This document shows, in pieces, positions 7,644 to 16,301 of a stretch of DNA of 64,000 nucleotides. Position 1 is the first letter of the stretch. Every line of letters starts with the position of its first letter. A program made the position numbers and the translations under genes. Source of the stretch: a virus. Lineage: Duplodnaviria; Caudoviricetes. The stretch lies in the IMG/VR virus record IMGVR_UViG_3300033475_000011, positions 16,752-80,751 of that record. The stretch is one strand, 5' to 3'. The notes under the pieces were generated by a model, which saw nothing but the letters and a program-made list of their open reading frames with translations, was not told where the DNA came from and made no database searches.

Positions 7644-8717
7644 ATGACGCTGTCGGTGAACCCTTCTGCACCCCTGCGTATCTGGATGTGGCTTGCCGAT
7701 AACAGTGGGTGTGGATGACTCGGCTACTACCGTTGCATCCTCCCCGGCCACGCCCTCGTTCAACGGGGGCATCTGGTGGCGATGGATGAGCGCATGCCCG
7801 AACGCATCCAAGCCGGCGAAGACGTAGACGTGATCGTCGCCCAACGCACGTGTATGCCCGGGCCGACCCAACTGTGGCAGCGCTTGGCCCGCGAGGGCAA
7901 CGCCAAGCTCGTGTTCGAGCTCGATGACGACCTGTGGAATGTGGAGCCCCACAACCGGGCCGCACATGAGCTGTATGTGCAGGGTGTGGTGCGGGACCAG
8001 TACGGGCGGGTGACGGATCGGGATGTGCCGATCGGCCAAAACCTGATCGACAACATCACGGTGGCGGACGTGGTCACGGTGTCCACCGAGCCCCTGGCGG
8101 ACCTCGTGTCCCGCTGGAACCCCAACGTCCACGTGCTACCGAACTGCATCCCCTCCTGGCTGCTCGACCAACCCGCGCCGGCACAGGAGTCGGAGCGGGT
8201 CACGATCGGCTGGGGTGGATCCCCGAGTCATACCCGGGACTTCGGCGAACTTGCCCGCCCGTTGAAGCGAGTCCTGCAGCGCTTCGGGGATGCCACCGAG
8301 TTCCACTGCGTCGGACCGGACTACACCAGCCGTGTCGCCTCACACCGCGGCCGCACACGGCACGCCAGGTGGTTCGACGGGGTGGAGGACTACCTCCGCG
8401 GCATCGACTTCCAGGTAGGGCTCGCCCCACTGCGGCCCTCGACGTTCAACGACAGCAAGAGCGATCTCAAGCTGCTGGAACTGGCCGCTCTCGGCATCCC
8501 CGCAATCGTCTCACCCACCGGACCGTACGCCCGCGCTATCGCAGCGGGGGTGCCGGCCCGCACCGCTGCCGACCACAAGGCTTGGGAACGGGAACTCGTC
8601 GACCTCATCCAGTCCCCCGCAGACCGGGAACAGCTCGGCAAAGAAGCCCGCGAGTGGGCCGCGACCCGCGTCATCGACCAGCACGCACGCCTTTGGGAGG
8701 CCGCATATGCCGCGTGA
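7644..8717 (+). CDS. GT-B (GT4-like) glycosyltransferase with an in-frame TGA at 7716-7718 (recoded or pseudogene)
   Basis: GGAGAGG SD plus ATG 7644 in frame with the ORF-track product; N-terminus WLADNSGCG*LGYYRCILP; C-terminus VTIGWGGSPSH..DFQVGLAPL..FNDSKSDLKLLELAALGIP. Confidence 0.75.
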
Positions 8718-8805
8718 CCAGTTGAACGTGGTGGAGTGGTGGTCCCGCTACTACCGGCTCGTAGTGATCTCCCTGGTGGCTTCGGGAACGTGGGTGCCGC
8801 GGTGA
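8707..8805 (+). CDS. 32-aa coupling mini-ORF
   Basis: Overlaps the GT stop and the GTG 8802 of the next gene. Confidence 0.4.
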   Translation: MPRDQLNVVEWWSRYYRLVVISLVASGTWVPR

Positions 8806-9425
8806 TCCGCCACTACTACCACGTGTACGCCGACGGCCAGTGGCGTGAACCGGTGAACGAACACCTCGCCGCGCTCGCCACCATCACGGAACCCATGCAC
8901 CTGACTGTTGGGGTCGTGGGTGCTGAAGAGCACCGGCATGAGGCGATGCGGCACATCTCCTCCTACGCCTGGGTTAACCGCTGGGTCGAAGCCGACACTG
9001 GGTGGGAACAGGTCACGCTCCAACGCCTACGGGACGACCTGGCGTCGGGCCACAACAGCCCCGTCCTGTACGCGCACACGAAGGGCGCTTCGGACTGGTC
9101 CGAGATCAACGTGGTGTGGCGACAGTCCATGATCCGCCACGTCATCGGCAGGTGGCAGGAATGCCTCGAGCATCTCCGAACTGTGGACGCAGTGGGCTGT
9201 CACTGGCTCACCCGCGAGCAGTGGCCCGGGCTGATCACCACCCCGATCTTCGGCGGCAACTTCTGGTGGGCCAACCCCAGTTATCTCGAGACGCTGCCGC
9301 CTTTGCGCTACGACGATCGGTGGCAGGCCGAAGGCTGGATCGGGATCAACAACCCCACCGCCCATGACCTGCTCCCAGGCTGGCCCAGTATCCCCCTGTG
9401 CACGGAGGTCTCCAATGCATGCTGA
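8802..9425 (+). CDS. Putative glycosyltransferase-like protein
   Basis: YAHTKG..FGGNFWWA..R.QAEGWI motifs, recalled from viral glycan-modification proteins; flanked by a GT and an MTase. Confidence 0.5.
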   Translation: MIRHYYHVYADGQWREPVNEHLAALATITEPMHLTVGVVGAEEHRHEAMRHISSYAWVNRWVEADTGWEQVTLQRLRDDLASGHNSPVLYAHTKGASDWSEINVVWRQSMIRHVIGRWQECLEHLRTVDAVGCHWLTREQWPGLITTPIFGGNFWWANPSYLETLPPLRYDDRWQAEGWIGINNPTAHDLLPGWPSIPLCTEVSNAC

Positions 9426-9918
9426 AGCGCATGACGGTGCGCGCCGCATGCTCGCCCTGTCCGGGCTCGACCCCAACGGCACCTACCGTGGTCTCGACCT
9501 CGGCGGGGTGGACGTGAACGGCACCGCCCGTGGCCTGTTCCCCAACACCAGTTGGGTTGGCCTGGACATCACCCCGGGCCCCGGCGTGGACATCGTCGCC
9601 GACGCCCGCACATGGGAGCCCACCGAATGGTTCGACGTGGCGCTGTCCACCGAACTGCTGGAGCACGTCGCACCGTGGCAGAAGTGCGTCTACACCGCCA
9701 GGAAAGCACTCAAGAACGACGGGGTGCTGATCCTCACCTGTGCCGGCCCTGGCCGCAACCCGCACAACTGCCGTGGACGGGACCAGTTGGACGAGGGAGA
9801 GGCATACAATAACGTCGACCCCATCGTCCTCGAACGCGTCCTATCCGGCCTGTTCGCCGAGTGGCATGTCACCTTCGACGCGACGCATTTCGACTGCTAC
9901 GCATGGGCGAGGGCATAG
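9415..9918 (+). CDS. Class I SAM-dependent methyltransferase (small-molecule/glycan type)
   Basis: GLDLGG motif I, GLDI..GPGVDIVAD, STELLEH. Confidence 0.8.
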   Translation: MHAEAHDGARRMLALSGLDPNGTYRGLDLGGVDVNGTARGLFPNTSWVGLDITPGPGVDIVADARTWEPTEWFDVALSTELLEHVAPWQKCVYTARKALKNDGVLILTCAGPGRNPHNCRGRDQLDEGEAYNNVDPIVLERVLSGLFAEWHVTFDATHFDCYAWARA

Positions 9919-9921
9919 GTA

Positions 9922-10101
9922 GTGGAGACGGTTGGGATCAGGGACCTCGCGGACGAGCTCAATGTCTCGGTGCAGTTGATCAAGGATCTGCTCTACGCTG
10001 GGAAACTCAAAGCCGTCGGGAACCGGGTCACGAAAGACTCCGCGGACGAGTTGCGGTGGCATCTCGCTGCACACAAGGCACTGCTCCAGGGGGACACGTG
10101 A
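9922..10101 (+). CDS. small excisionase-like HTH protein (59 aa, below the ORF-track cutoff)
   Basis: VGIRDLADELNVSVQLIKDLLYAGKLKAVG. Confidence 0.55.
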   Translation: METVGIRDLADELNVSVQLIKDLLYAGKLKAVGNRVTKDSADELRWHLAAHKALLQGDT

Positions 10102-10232
10102 GCAACCGCGACTTCGGGTAGGGAGTGTGCACGTATGATGCACGACATCGGAATCCTCCCTGGCGGCTTCGTCATACACCACTCGGTGTGCTGGTGCCGC
10201 CGCCCGGAAACAGCCAAACGGAGACAGGACGG

Positions 10233-10775
10233 ATGCGCTACTTCTACGATACCGAGTTCCTCGAAGACGGCCGAACCATCGACCTGATCTCCATCGGCAT
10301 CGTCGCGGAGGATGGACGCGAGTACTACGCCGTGAACCGTGACGCCCCGTGGAAGCGGATTCGGAAGCACGAGTGGCTGTGCGGAAACGTTGTCCCGACG
10401 CTCCCAACTCTGCACGGCGACGCCCGCTTGCACTACGCCAGTCGCGGCCCGCTCGGCTTGTTGGACTGGCAGCACCCCGCCTTCAAGCGTCCGCAGGCCA
10501 TCGCGGACCAGGTTCGGGACTTCCTACTGGCTGATGGCGAGTCCGAGCGGGAGCTGTGGGCCTATTACAGCGCCTATGACCACGTGGCCCTGTGTCAACT
10601 GTGGGGCACGATGATGGACCTCCCGGACGGCGTGCCGATGTGGACCCACGACCTCATGCAGGCATGGGAGCAGGCTGGGCGGCCGGAGAAGCCCGCTCAG
10701 GTCGGCGAGCACAACGCGCTCGAAGATGCACGCTGGAACCAGAAGCTGTTCAAGGTGTGCGCCGACCATGGATGA
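10233..10775 (+). CDS. DEDDh 3'-5' exoribonuclease, Rv2179c/RNase AS (DUF5051) family
   Basis: MRYFYDTEF..LISIGIVAEDGREYYA..YSAYD..EHNALEDARW. Confidence 0.85.
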   Translation: MRYFYDTEFLEDGRTIDLISIGIVAEDGREYYAVNRDAPWKRIRKHEWLCGNVVPTLPTLHGDARLHYASRGPLGLLDWQHPAFKRPQAIADQVRDFLLADGESERELWAYYSAYDHVALCQLWGTMMDLPDGVPMWTHDLMQAWEQAGRPEKPAQVGEHNALEDARWNQKLFKVCADHG

Positions 10776-11052
10776 CGAGGACCAGGCCGCTGAACTCGTG
10801 ATGCCGTTCGTTACGGTCACCAGCCGTGGCGGACCGCACGATGACCAATCCTTCACGGCCGGATGGCAGATGGGGTGGCTGTACTGCCACCTTGAGCATG
10901 TCGCGCCCATGTTCTACAGCGACACGATTCGCGAGGAATGCCGCGACCAGGCTGACCTGATCGCCATGAAGTATGGCTACCAGGCGCGGTTCGAGGACGC
11001 TGGTGACGAGTGGCTGTTCATGTCCCTGACGCGGGTCGCTGATGGCGAGTAG
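10768..11052 (+). CDS. hypothetical protein
   Basis: Coupled ORF with GC-rich codon usage. Confidence 0.6.
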   Translation: MDDEDQAAELVMPFVTVTSRGGPHDDQSFTAGWQMGWLYCHLEHVAPMFYSDTIREECRDQADLIAMKYGYQARFEDAGDEWLFMSLTRVADGE

Positions 11053-11094
11053 ATCTGCGCATCACACCCGTCCTGTAGACTGAAGTCAGAACAC

Positions 11095-11138
11095 CGATCA
11101 CCCCGCAACCCATGTTGGTTGTGGGGTGATCGCATTTC
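11095..11138 (+). terminator. Hairpin upstream of terL
   Basis: 16-bp stem 11095-11110/11117-11132 (one G-U) followed by CATTTC. Confidence 0.55.
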
Positions 11139-11150
11139 GGGGGTGGCGTC

Positions 11151-12668
11151 GTGTTCTACCCTCACCCGTTCAACCTGAACACCTACTTGGCCCAGTTCGA
11201 TCCCCGACTGCTCGCGGATCCTGAAGGCCGGCGCATCTCCACCAGACTCGACCCAGTCTTGTTCGGGCTGCTCTATGTCCCCCATCACCTTCGAGGCCCA
11301 GAGACAGGCGACTCCATCACCTTCTCCGAGTTCCACATCGAACTGGCTGAGTACGCCCGCGAGCTGGTGAAGCCAATCGGGCGTGTTCCGGCGGAACGGA
11401 GAGACGCCTTCATCGCTCCGCGTGGCGTCGGAAAGAGCACGTGGCTGTTTCTGATCGTGCCGTTGTGGCTCGCCGCGCACGGTCACCGGCAATTCATCGC
11501 GGCGTTTGCGAACGCGGCAACGCAGGCGCAAGACCACCTGATGACGTTCAAGCGCGAGCTGGACAACAACTCGCTGCTGCGCCAGGACTTCCCGGATTTG
11601 TGCACGGCCGCTCGACGACCGAAGGGCGCCGCAGTCGCGGACTCCCAATCCATGTACGTGTCCGCAAGCAACTTCGTGTTCGCAGCCCGCGGCATCGACT
11701 CCGCCAACCTCGGCATGAAGATCGGGGAGCGCAGGCCATCCCACATCATCCTCGACGACATCGAAGGCACCGAAGGCAACTACACGCCGACGATGAAGGA
11801 ACACCGGCTCGCGACGCTGCTGTCCGGCATCCTGCCGTTGAACGTGTTCGCCTCCGTGACCATGGCCGGCACCGTCGCCATCCCGGGCGCGATCATCGAC
11901 GACATCGCCGCGAAACAACGCGACGAGGAACACCCAGCTTGGGTGGAGGACGAGAACTTCACGCCCCGCTACTACCCGGCGATCGTCACCAACCCGGACG
12001 GGACGGAGCGGTCCCTGTGGCCGCAGAAGTGGCCGCTGGAGTGGATGCAGTCACAGCGCCACTCGCGGCACTTCCAAAGCCAGTACATGAACAACCCGAT
12101 GGCTGCGGATTCGGCGTTCTGGCGGGGCGAGGACTTCGTCTACCGCGATGACATGCCCCTCACTGGCCAGCTGTTGTCGATCGACCCAGCAGTCACATCG
12201 AAAGAAAAGTCCGACTACACGGCGCTTGCGGTGATCGGGTTTTCCCGTCCCGCGATGGCGTGTGTAGTTCGGGACGCTTGGCAAGTTCGGCTTCCACCGG
12301 GTGAACCGTTGCGGCGCCGGGTGTTGGAGATCCTGGACGAGTACCCCGAGATTTTGGGGATCGTGGTCGAGGTCAACCAGGGCGGCGATCTGTGGAAGAA
12401 CACGGTGTTGCATGACATGCCGTGCCCAGTGCAGACAGTGACCCAGTCTAGGCCGAAAGAAGAACGTGCCGGCTCGCTGTTGGCGAAGTACCAGCGCGGC
12501 CGGGTGTTCCACGCGAAGCGGATCCCCGCCCTTGAGGGTCAGATGATCCGGTTCCCGCTGGGCACCAACGATGACCTGATCGACGCCGTGGGAACTGGTG
12601 TCGACGTGTACTTGAAGACCGACAAGAAGCCTCGCCAGATTCGGCCTCAGACGGCCAGCTACATCTAG
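11151..12668 (+). CDS. terL: Terminase large subunit
   Basis: Walker A APRGVGKST, Walker B IILDDIE, nuclease SIDPA..DYTA and NDDLIDA. Confidence 0.95.
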   Translation: MFYPHPFNLNTYLAQFDPRLLADPEGRRISTRLDPVLFGLLYVPHHLRGPETGDSITFSEFHIELAEYARELVKPIGRVPAERRDAFIAPRGVGKSTWLFLIVPLWLAAHGHRQFIAAFANAATQAQDHLMTFKRELDNNSLLRQDFPDLCTAARRPKGAAVADSQSMYVSASNFVFAARGIDSANLGMKIGERRPSHIILDDIEGTEGNYTPTMKEHRLATLLSGILPLNVFASVTMAGTVAIPGAIIDDIAAKQRDEEHPAWVEDENFTPRYYPAIVTNPDGTERSLWPQKWPLEWMQSQRHSRHFQSQYMNNPMAADSAFWRGEDFVYRDDMPLTGQLLSIDPAVTSKEKSDYTALAVIGFSRPAMACVVRDAWQVRLPPGEPLRRRVLEILDEYPEILGIVVEVNQGGDLWKNTVLHDMPCPVQTVTQSRPKEERAGSLLAKYQRGRVFHAKRIPALEGQMIRFPLGTNDDLIDAVGTGVDVYLKTDKKPRQIRPQTASYI

Positions 12669-12684
12669 ACCCAGGGGGTGACCG

Positions 12685-14319
12685 GTGGCTGTCCTGATGG
12701 AGCCCGAACCCCAACAGACCGCGGACGAAGACCTTGCCACGGCGTTGAAGGAGATGCGGCAGTGCCGCCATGGCTATGACAAGGCGGAGGACTACTACTG
12801 CGCTGATGTGCCGGAGATTTTCGCGTCCGCTCGCATGCGGCGGGCGATGCGTCGGAGTGGGATCAACTACCAGTTGAACCTCGCCCGGATTGTGGTCGAG
12901 TCGGTGGTTGACCGCCTCGAGGTATCCGCCATCACCTCCGACGACGAGTCCGGCCCGAATGACCTGATCCAGCAGGTGATGGAGGCCAACAAGTTCAAGT
13001 TGCAGGGCACGAACACGTTGCGGAAGGCATGTGAGTTCGGGGACGCCTATGTGATCGTGTGGCCGAAGGAGAACGCGACCGCGCCGTACCGGCCTGAGGA
13101 CATCGCGATCTGGTACCAGGACCCCCGCACCGTCAGGGTGTTCTACTCCGACGACAATCCGCTTGAGGTGGAGTTCGCGGCGAAGAAGTGGGAAGAGAAC
13201 AGCCGCACCCGCATCGACCTGTACTACGCGGACCGCATCGAGTCTTACGTCAGCAAGAAGAACACGAAGGGCAAGCAGGCCGCCGACTTCGAACCCACCA
13301 CCGGCACCAACCGGGACGACTCGGATGCGGACGAGGACGACGACAACCCCGCCCACATCACCAAGCACGACTTCGGCCAGGTCCCCGTCTTCCACTTCAA
13401 GACCACCGCGGACCAGTACGGGACACCGGAACACAAGGACTTCTTCCCTGTGACGGACATCATCCACAAGCTCGCAATCTCCCACATGGCGGGTGTGGAC
13501 TACCAGTCGTTCCCGCAACGCTACGCCCTGATGGACGCCGACAGCGACACGTCCGAAGCGGCACGGCTCGACGAGGGCCTGTACTCGTTTGAGATGCAGC
13601 AGGGCGGCACCACCGAGGACTACGGCACTGAAGGACGGTCCCAGTTCAAAGCAGACCCCGGCAGTGTGTGGATGGCGCCCGGCATCAAGGGATTCGGCCA
13701 GTTCGATGCAGCGGACCCTGCGAACTTCACGGATCCGATGGAGTTCTACGTCCGCATGGGCGCCACCATCACCAACACGCCCTTGCACTACTTCGACCCC
13801 ACCGGCGATGCCCCTTCTGGGGAGTCGTTGCGGACGGCGGAGGCGCCGTTCATCAAGAAGGTCGAGAACCGCAAGTTGTCGTTCGGGGACACGTGGCGTG
13901 AGGTGTTCCAATTCGTGCTCCAACTCCTGGGCAACGACAAGGCCAAAGTTGTTGTGCACTGGAAGCCGTCGTCGTCGAGCGATGACGAGTACTCGTGGCA
14001 GGTCGCACAGTTGCAGCAAGCCTCCGGCGTGCCGGTGGAACAGACGCTGTTGGAGCGTGGATACACCGCGGTCCAGGTCGCGGAATGGGAGGAGAACGGC
14101 CAGCAGGGGCTACCGCAGCGGGTTTCGTTGCTGTTGCAGGTGTCCCAGGCCATGGCCAACTTCACCACCGCCACCGCTGGCGGGTTGATCGGCGCCGACC
14201 AGGTCAACGGACTTGTGTTGAAACTGCTGGGACAGGCGGTGGACGATGACAGCACCAACCCAGACACAGGTGCCGGCGAGCCCACCGACAAGCCTCTCGC
14301 CACAGATCGAGCGGCATGA
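12685..14319 (+). CDS. Portal protein (SPP1-like)
   Basis: Follows terL, 544 aa, NLARIVVESVVDRL..ACEFGDAY..SGESLR. Confidence 0.9.
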   Translation: MAVLMEPEPQQTADEDLATALKEMRQCRHGYDKAEDYYCADVPEIFASARMRRAMRRSGINYQLNLARIVVESVVDRLEVSAITSDDESGPNDLIQQVMEANKFKLQGTNTLRKACEFGDAYVIVWPKENATAPYRPEDIAIWYQDPRTVRVFYSDDNPLEVEFAAKKWEENSRTRIDLYYADRIESYVSKKNTKGKQAADFEPTTGTNRDDSDADEDDDNPAHITKHDFGQVPVFHFKTTADQYGTPEHKDFFPVTDIIHKLAISHMAGVDYQSFPQRYALMDADSDTSEAARLDEGLYSFEMQQGGTTEDYGTEGRSQFKADPGSVWMAPGIKGFGQFDAADPANFTDPMEFYVRMGATITNTPLHYFDPTGDAPSGESLRTAEAPFIKKVENRKLSFGDTWREVFQFVLQLLGNDKAKVVVHWKPSSSSDDEYSWQVAQLQQASGVPVEQTLLERGYTAVQVAEWEENGQQGLPQRVSLLLQVSQAMANFTTATAGGLIGADQVNGLVLKLLGQAVDDDSTNPDTGAGEPTDKPLATDRAA

Positions 14320-15313
14320 CCTAGAAGCACTCGCTATGGAGACCGCCGCTGTTGTGGCGGCCACGGCGGTGCTTCGGGACCAACTGCAAGCCCTGACGCG
14401 CGGCTGGCTGTTGGCGTGGCAGAAGACGTTCGGCGATCTCCACGCCAAGCAGTCTGGTACCCGGCTCGCCGGGTTCATGCAGCGTGTCCAGCGCGACCTC
14501 GCTGCGATCCGCTACGACCCGACACCCGCGCTGCTGACCTACATCGATCGGGCGCAGCGGCTCGGCGTTCGGCAGGGGTTCGCTGAAGCCAATACGAAGC
14601 CGATGAAGATGCCGGAGCGTCGTCTTCCACAGCTGTCGCTGGATGCAACGCAGGCAGTAGCCAGGGCGCAGGATCGCATCACCACGGCGGCCACTCTCGC
14701 GGGCACGGTTCGAGAAGGCTCGTTCACCGCAGTCACTCAGTCCGCGGCGCCAGCGCAGCAGGCTGCGAACGAGGTCGAACGCACCGCCCGCACGGTCACG
14801 AACCAGGCATTGAACGACGGGATTATCCAGGTCGCCGATCACCTTGACATGCGGCGGGTTTGGTTGGCCGAGCGGGATGCGTGCCGAACATGTTTGGCCT
14901 TGTCTGGCCGCGTGGCTGCTGTCGGCCACGAGTTCCCTAAGGACGCTACCTTCGGCGAGAAGCCGCTGGAGTGGGTCCCGATCGGAACTGGCCTGGTCGG
15001 TCCTCCCCGACATCCGAACTGCCGCTGTAGATGCTCGCCGTGGAGTGGCGACGAGCACGACCCGCTCAGCCTTCCCGTCGCGCTGCGGCGCGAGGCTGAG
15101 CGTTCGATCCTCAACGGGTACGCGTTGCCGAGTGAGTCGGAGCGTGTCCGTGCACAGGCCGCTGACCGTTTATTGGCGCGGATCGGCATGGCCAAGGGTT
15201 CTCGTTCCCCGTCTGGGTGGCAGGTCCCCCAGTCGGTGAAGGAACGAGCGGACCGAGCCCTGTCGAGGGGCAGGTTCACCACTGGTCCGGTACCGACGCC
15301 GGGCAACAAGTAG
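14246..15313 (+). CDS. MuF-like head morphogenesis protein (start uncertain)
   Basis: VWLAERDACRTC..PPRHPNCRC motif. Confidence 0.85.
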   Translation: MTAPTQTQVPASPPTSLSPQIERHDLEALAMETAAVVAATAVLRDQLQALTRGWLLAWQKTFGDLHAKQSGTRLAGFMQRVQRDLAAIRYDPTPALLTYIDRAQRLGVRQGFAEANTKPMKMPERRLPQLSLDATQAVARAQDRITTAATLAGTVREGSFTAVTQSAAPAQQAANEVERTARTVTNQALNDGIIQVADHLDMRRVWLAERDACRTCLALSGRVAAVGHEFPKDATFGEKPLEWVPIGTGLVGPPRHPNCRCRCSPWSGDEHDPLSLPVALRREAERSILNGYALPSESERVRAQAADRLLARIGMAKGSRSPSGWQVPQSVKERADRALSRGRFTTGPVPTPGNK

Positions 15314-15392
15314 CACCACCACACCAAAGGGTCGACCGTGACGGTTGGCCCTTTCCTTATGCGCCCGTGACGGGCAAAGGAGACATGCCGCG

Positions 15393-16013
15393 ATGGCTGA
15401 CGAGCAGGAAACCCCCACCGAAGAGGACGTGGACATCACCGTCGATGACGTGGAAGACGACGCTGCCGAGTCCGAGACGGACACGTCGGCTGAGGACACC
15501 CCCGCAGACGAGTGGAAGCCCCCGACCAAGGACGAGTGGGAGAAGCTCCAGAAGGCGCAGAAGGCCGCGGACGCCAAGGTTAAGCAGTTGAACCAGGAGT
15601 CAACGAAGCGGCGGCTGCGCATCAAGGAACTGGAAACCCAGAACGAGGACGACGCGGCGAAGGCCCAGCGCGAGGCGTTGGAGGCTGCGCAGGCGCGGTA
15701 CAAGCCTGTGGTGGCGAAGTCCGCGTTGCTTGAGGCACAGGCCCGCACCGATCGGGTGGGCGCTTTGATCAAGCTCCTCAACATGGACGCCTTGGAGTTC
15801 GACGGCAACGACGAGGTTGTTGGCCTCGACGTTGAGATCGACCGCGTGAAGTCCGAGTATCCGGAGTTCTTCACCCAGCCCGAGCCTGAGAAGCCGGAAC
15901 CGGCTCCTGCTCCGAAGCCCGCGCCGAAAGCGGCCGCGGCACCGAAGAAGCCCGCAAGGGAAGAACCGAAGAGCGCCGGCGCCCTGATTGCCGAGCAGTT
16001 GCTCGGAAAGTAA
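15393..16013 (+). CDS. Capsid scaffolding protein
   Basis: AAGGAG SD; acidic N-terminus, coiled coil, Pro/Ala/Lys linker; upstream of MCP. Confidence 0.85.
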   Translation: MADEQETPTEEDVDITVDDVEDDAAESETDTSAEDTPADEWKPPTKDEWEKLQKAQKAADAKVKQLNQESTKRRLRIKELETQNEDDAAKAQREALEAAQARYKPVVAKSALLEAQARTDRVGALIKLLNMDALEFDGNDEVVGLDVEIDRVKSEYPEFFTQPEPEKPEPAPAPKPAPKAAAAPKKPAREEPKSAGALIAEQLLGK

Positions 16014-16301
16014 TCCACAACTCCGCGAGGAGTTTCTAGCCGCTGCCCGGGAGGGCGAGCGCTGGACAAACCCATATCTGGGAAAGGAAAACAGGTTGTC
16101 CGCGACGCCTGACCAATACAAGGCAGTGGCGAAGCAACTCGTTGCGAGTGCAGCGGATTCGCTAGCTGCTGATCGGTACAGCCGTATGCAGTCACTGCTT
16201 CTCTACTACGGGAGCAATTACTCGACATACGACGAGTACCTCGAATTGTCCGCAGAATACACCGCACTTCAAGCGGTTGCTTCCGATCTTAGGAGCTAGC
16301 A
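16014..16301 (+). other. Lower-GC insert between scaffold and capsid genes (open +1 frame without a good start)
   Basis: About 56% GC by hand count; CTAGC direct repeats at 16036-16040 and 16296-16300. Confidence 0.5.

Noticed and set aside
7716-7770. Selenocysteine recoding of the GT UGA
   Set aside because: The 3' stem has a 25-nt loop unlike a SelB-binding SECIS, a residue here would disrupt rather than complete the motif, and no Sec machinery is present
12448-14019. Long antisense ORFs (e.g. 12448..14019, 21521..23149, 32900..34705)
   Set aside because: Shadows of GC-rich sense genes, with no SD or recognisable motifs
2483-16071. Shared 11-mer GCTGGACAAAC (2483, 16061) and 12-mer AGCCGTAACCCG (2810 versus the minus strand at 52120)
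   Set aside because: Matches of this length are expected by chance in 64 kb of GC-rich DNA, and no consistent promoter spacing supports them
16037-16299. Group I intron in the scaffold-capsid spacer
   Set aside because: Size and terminal G fit, but no R/S (GACUA/UAGUC) P7 elements were found
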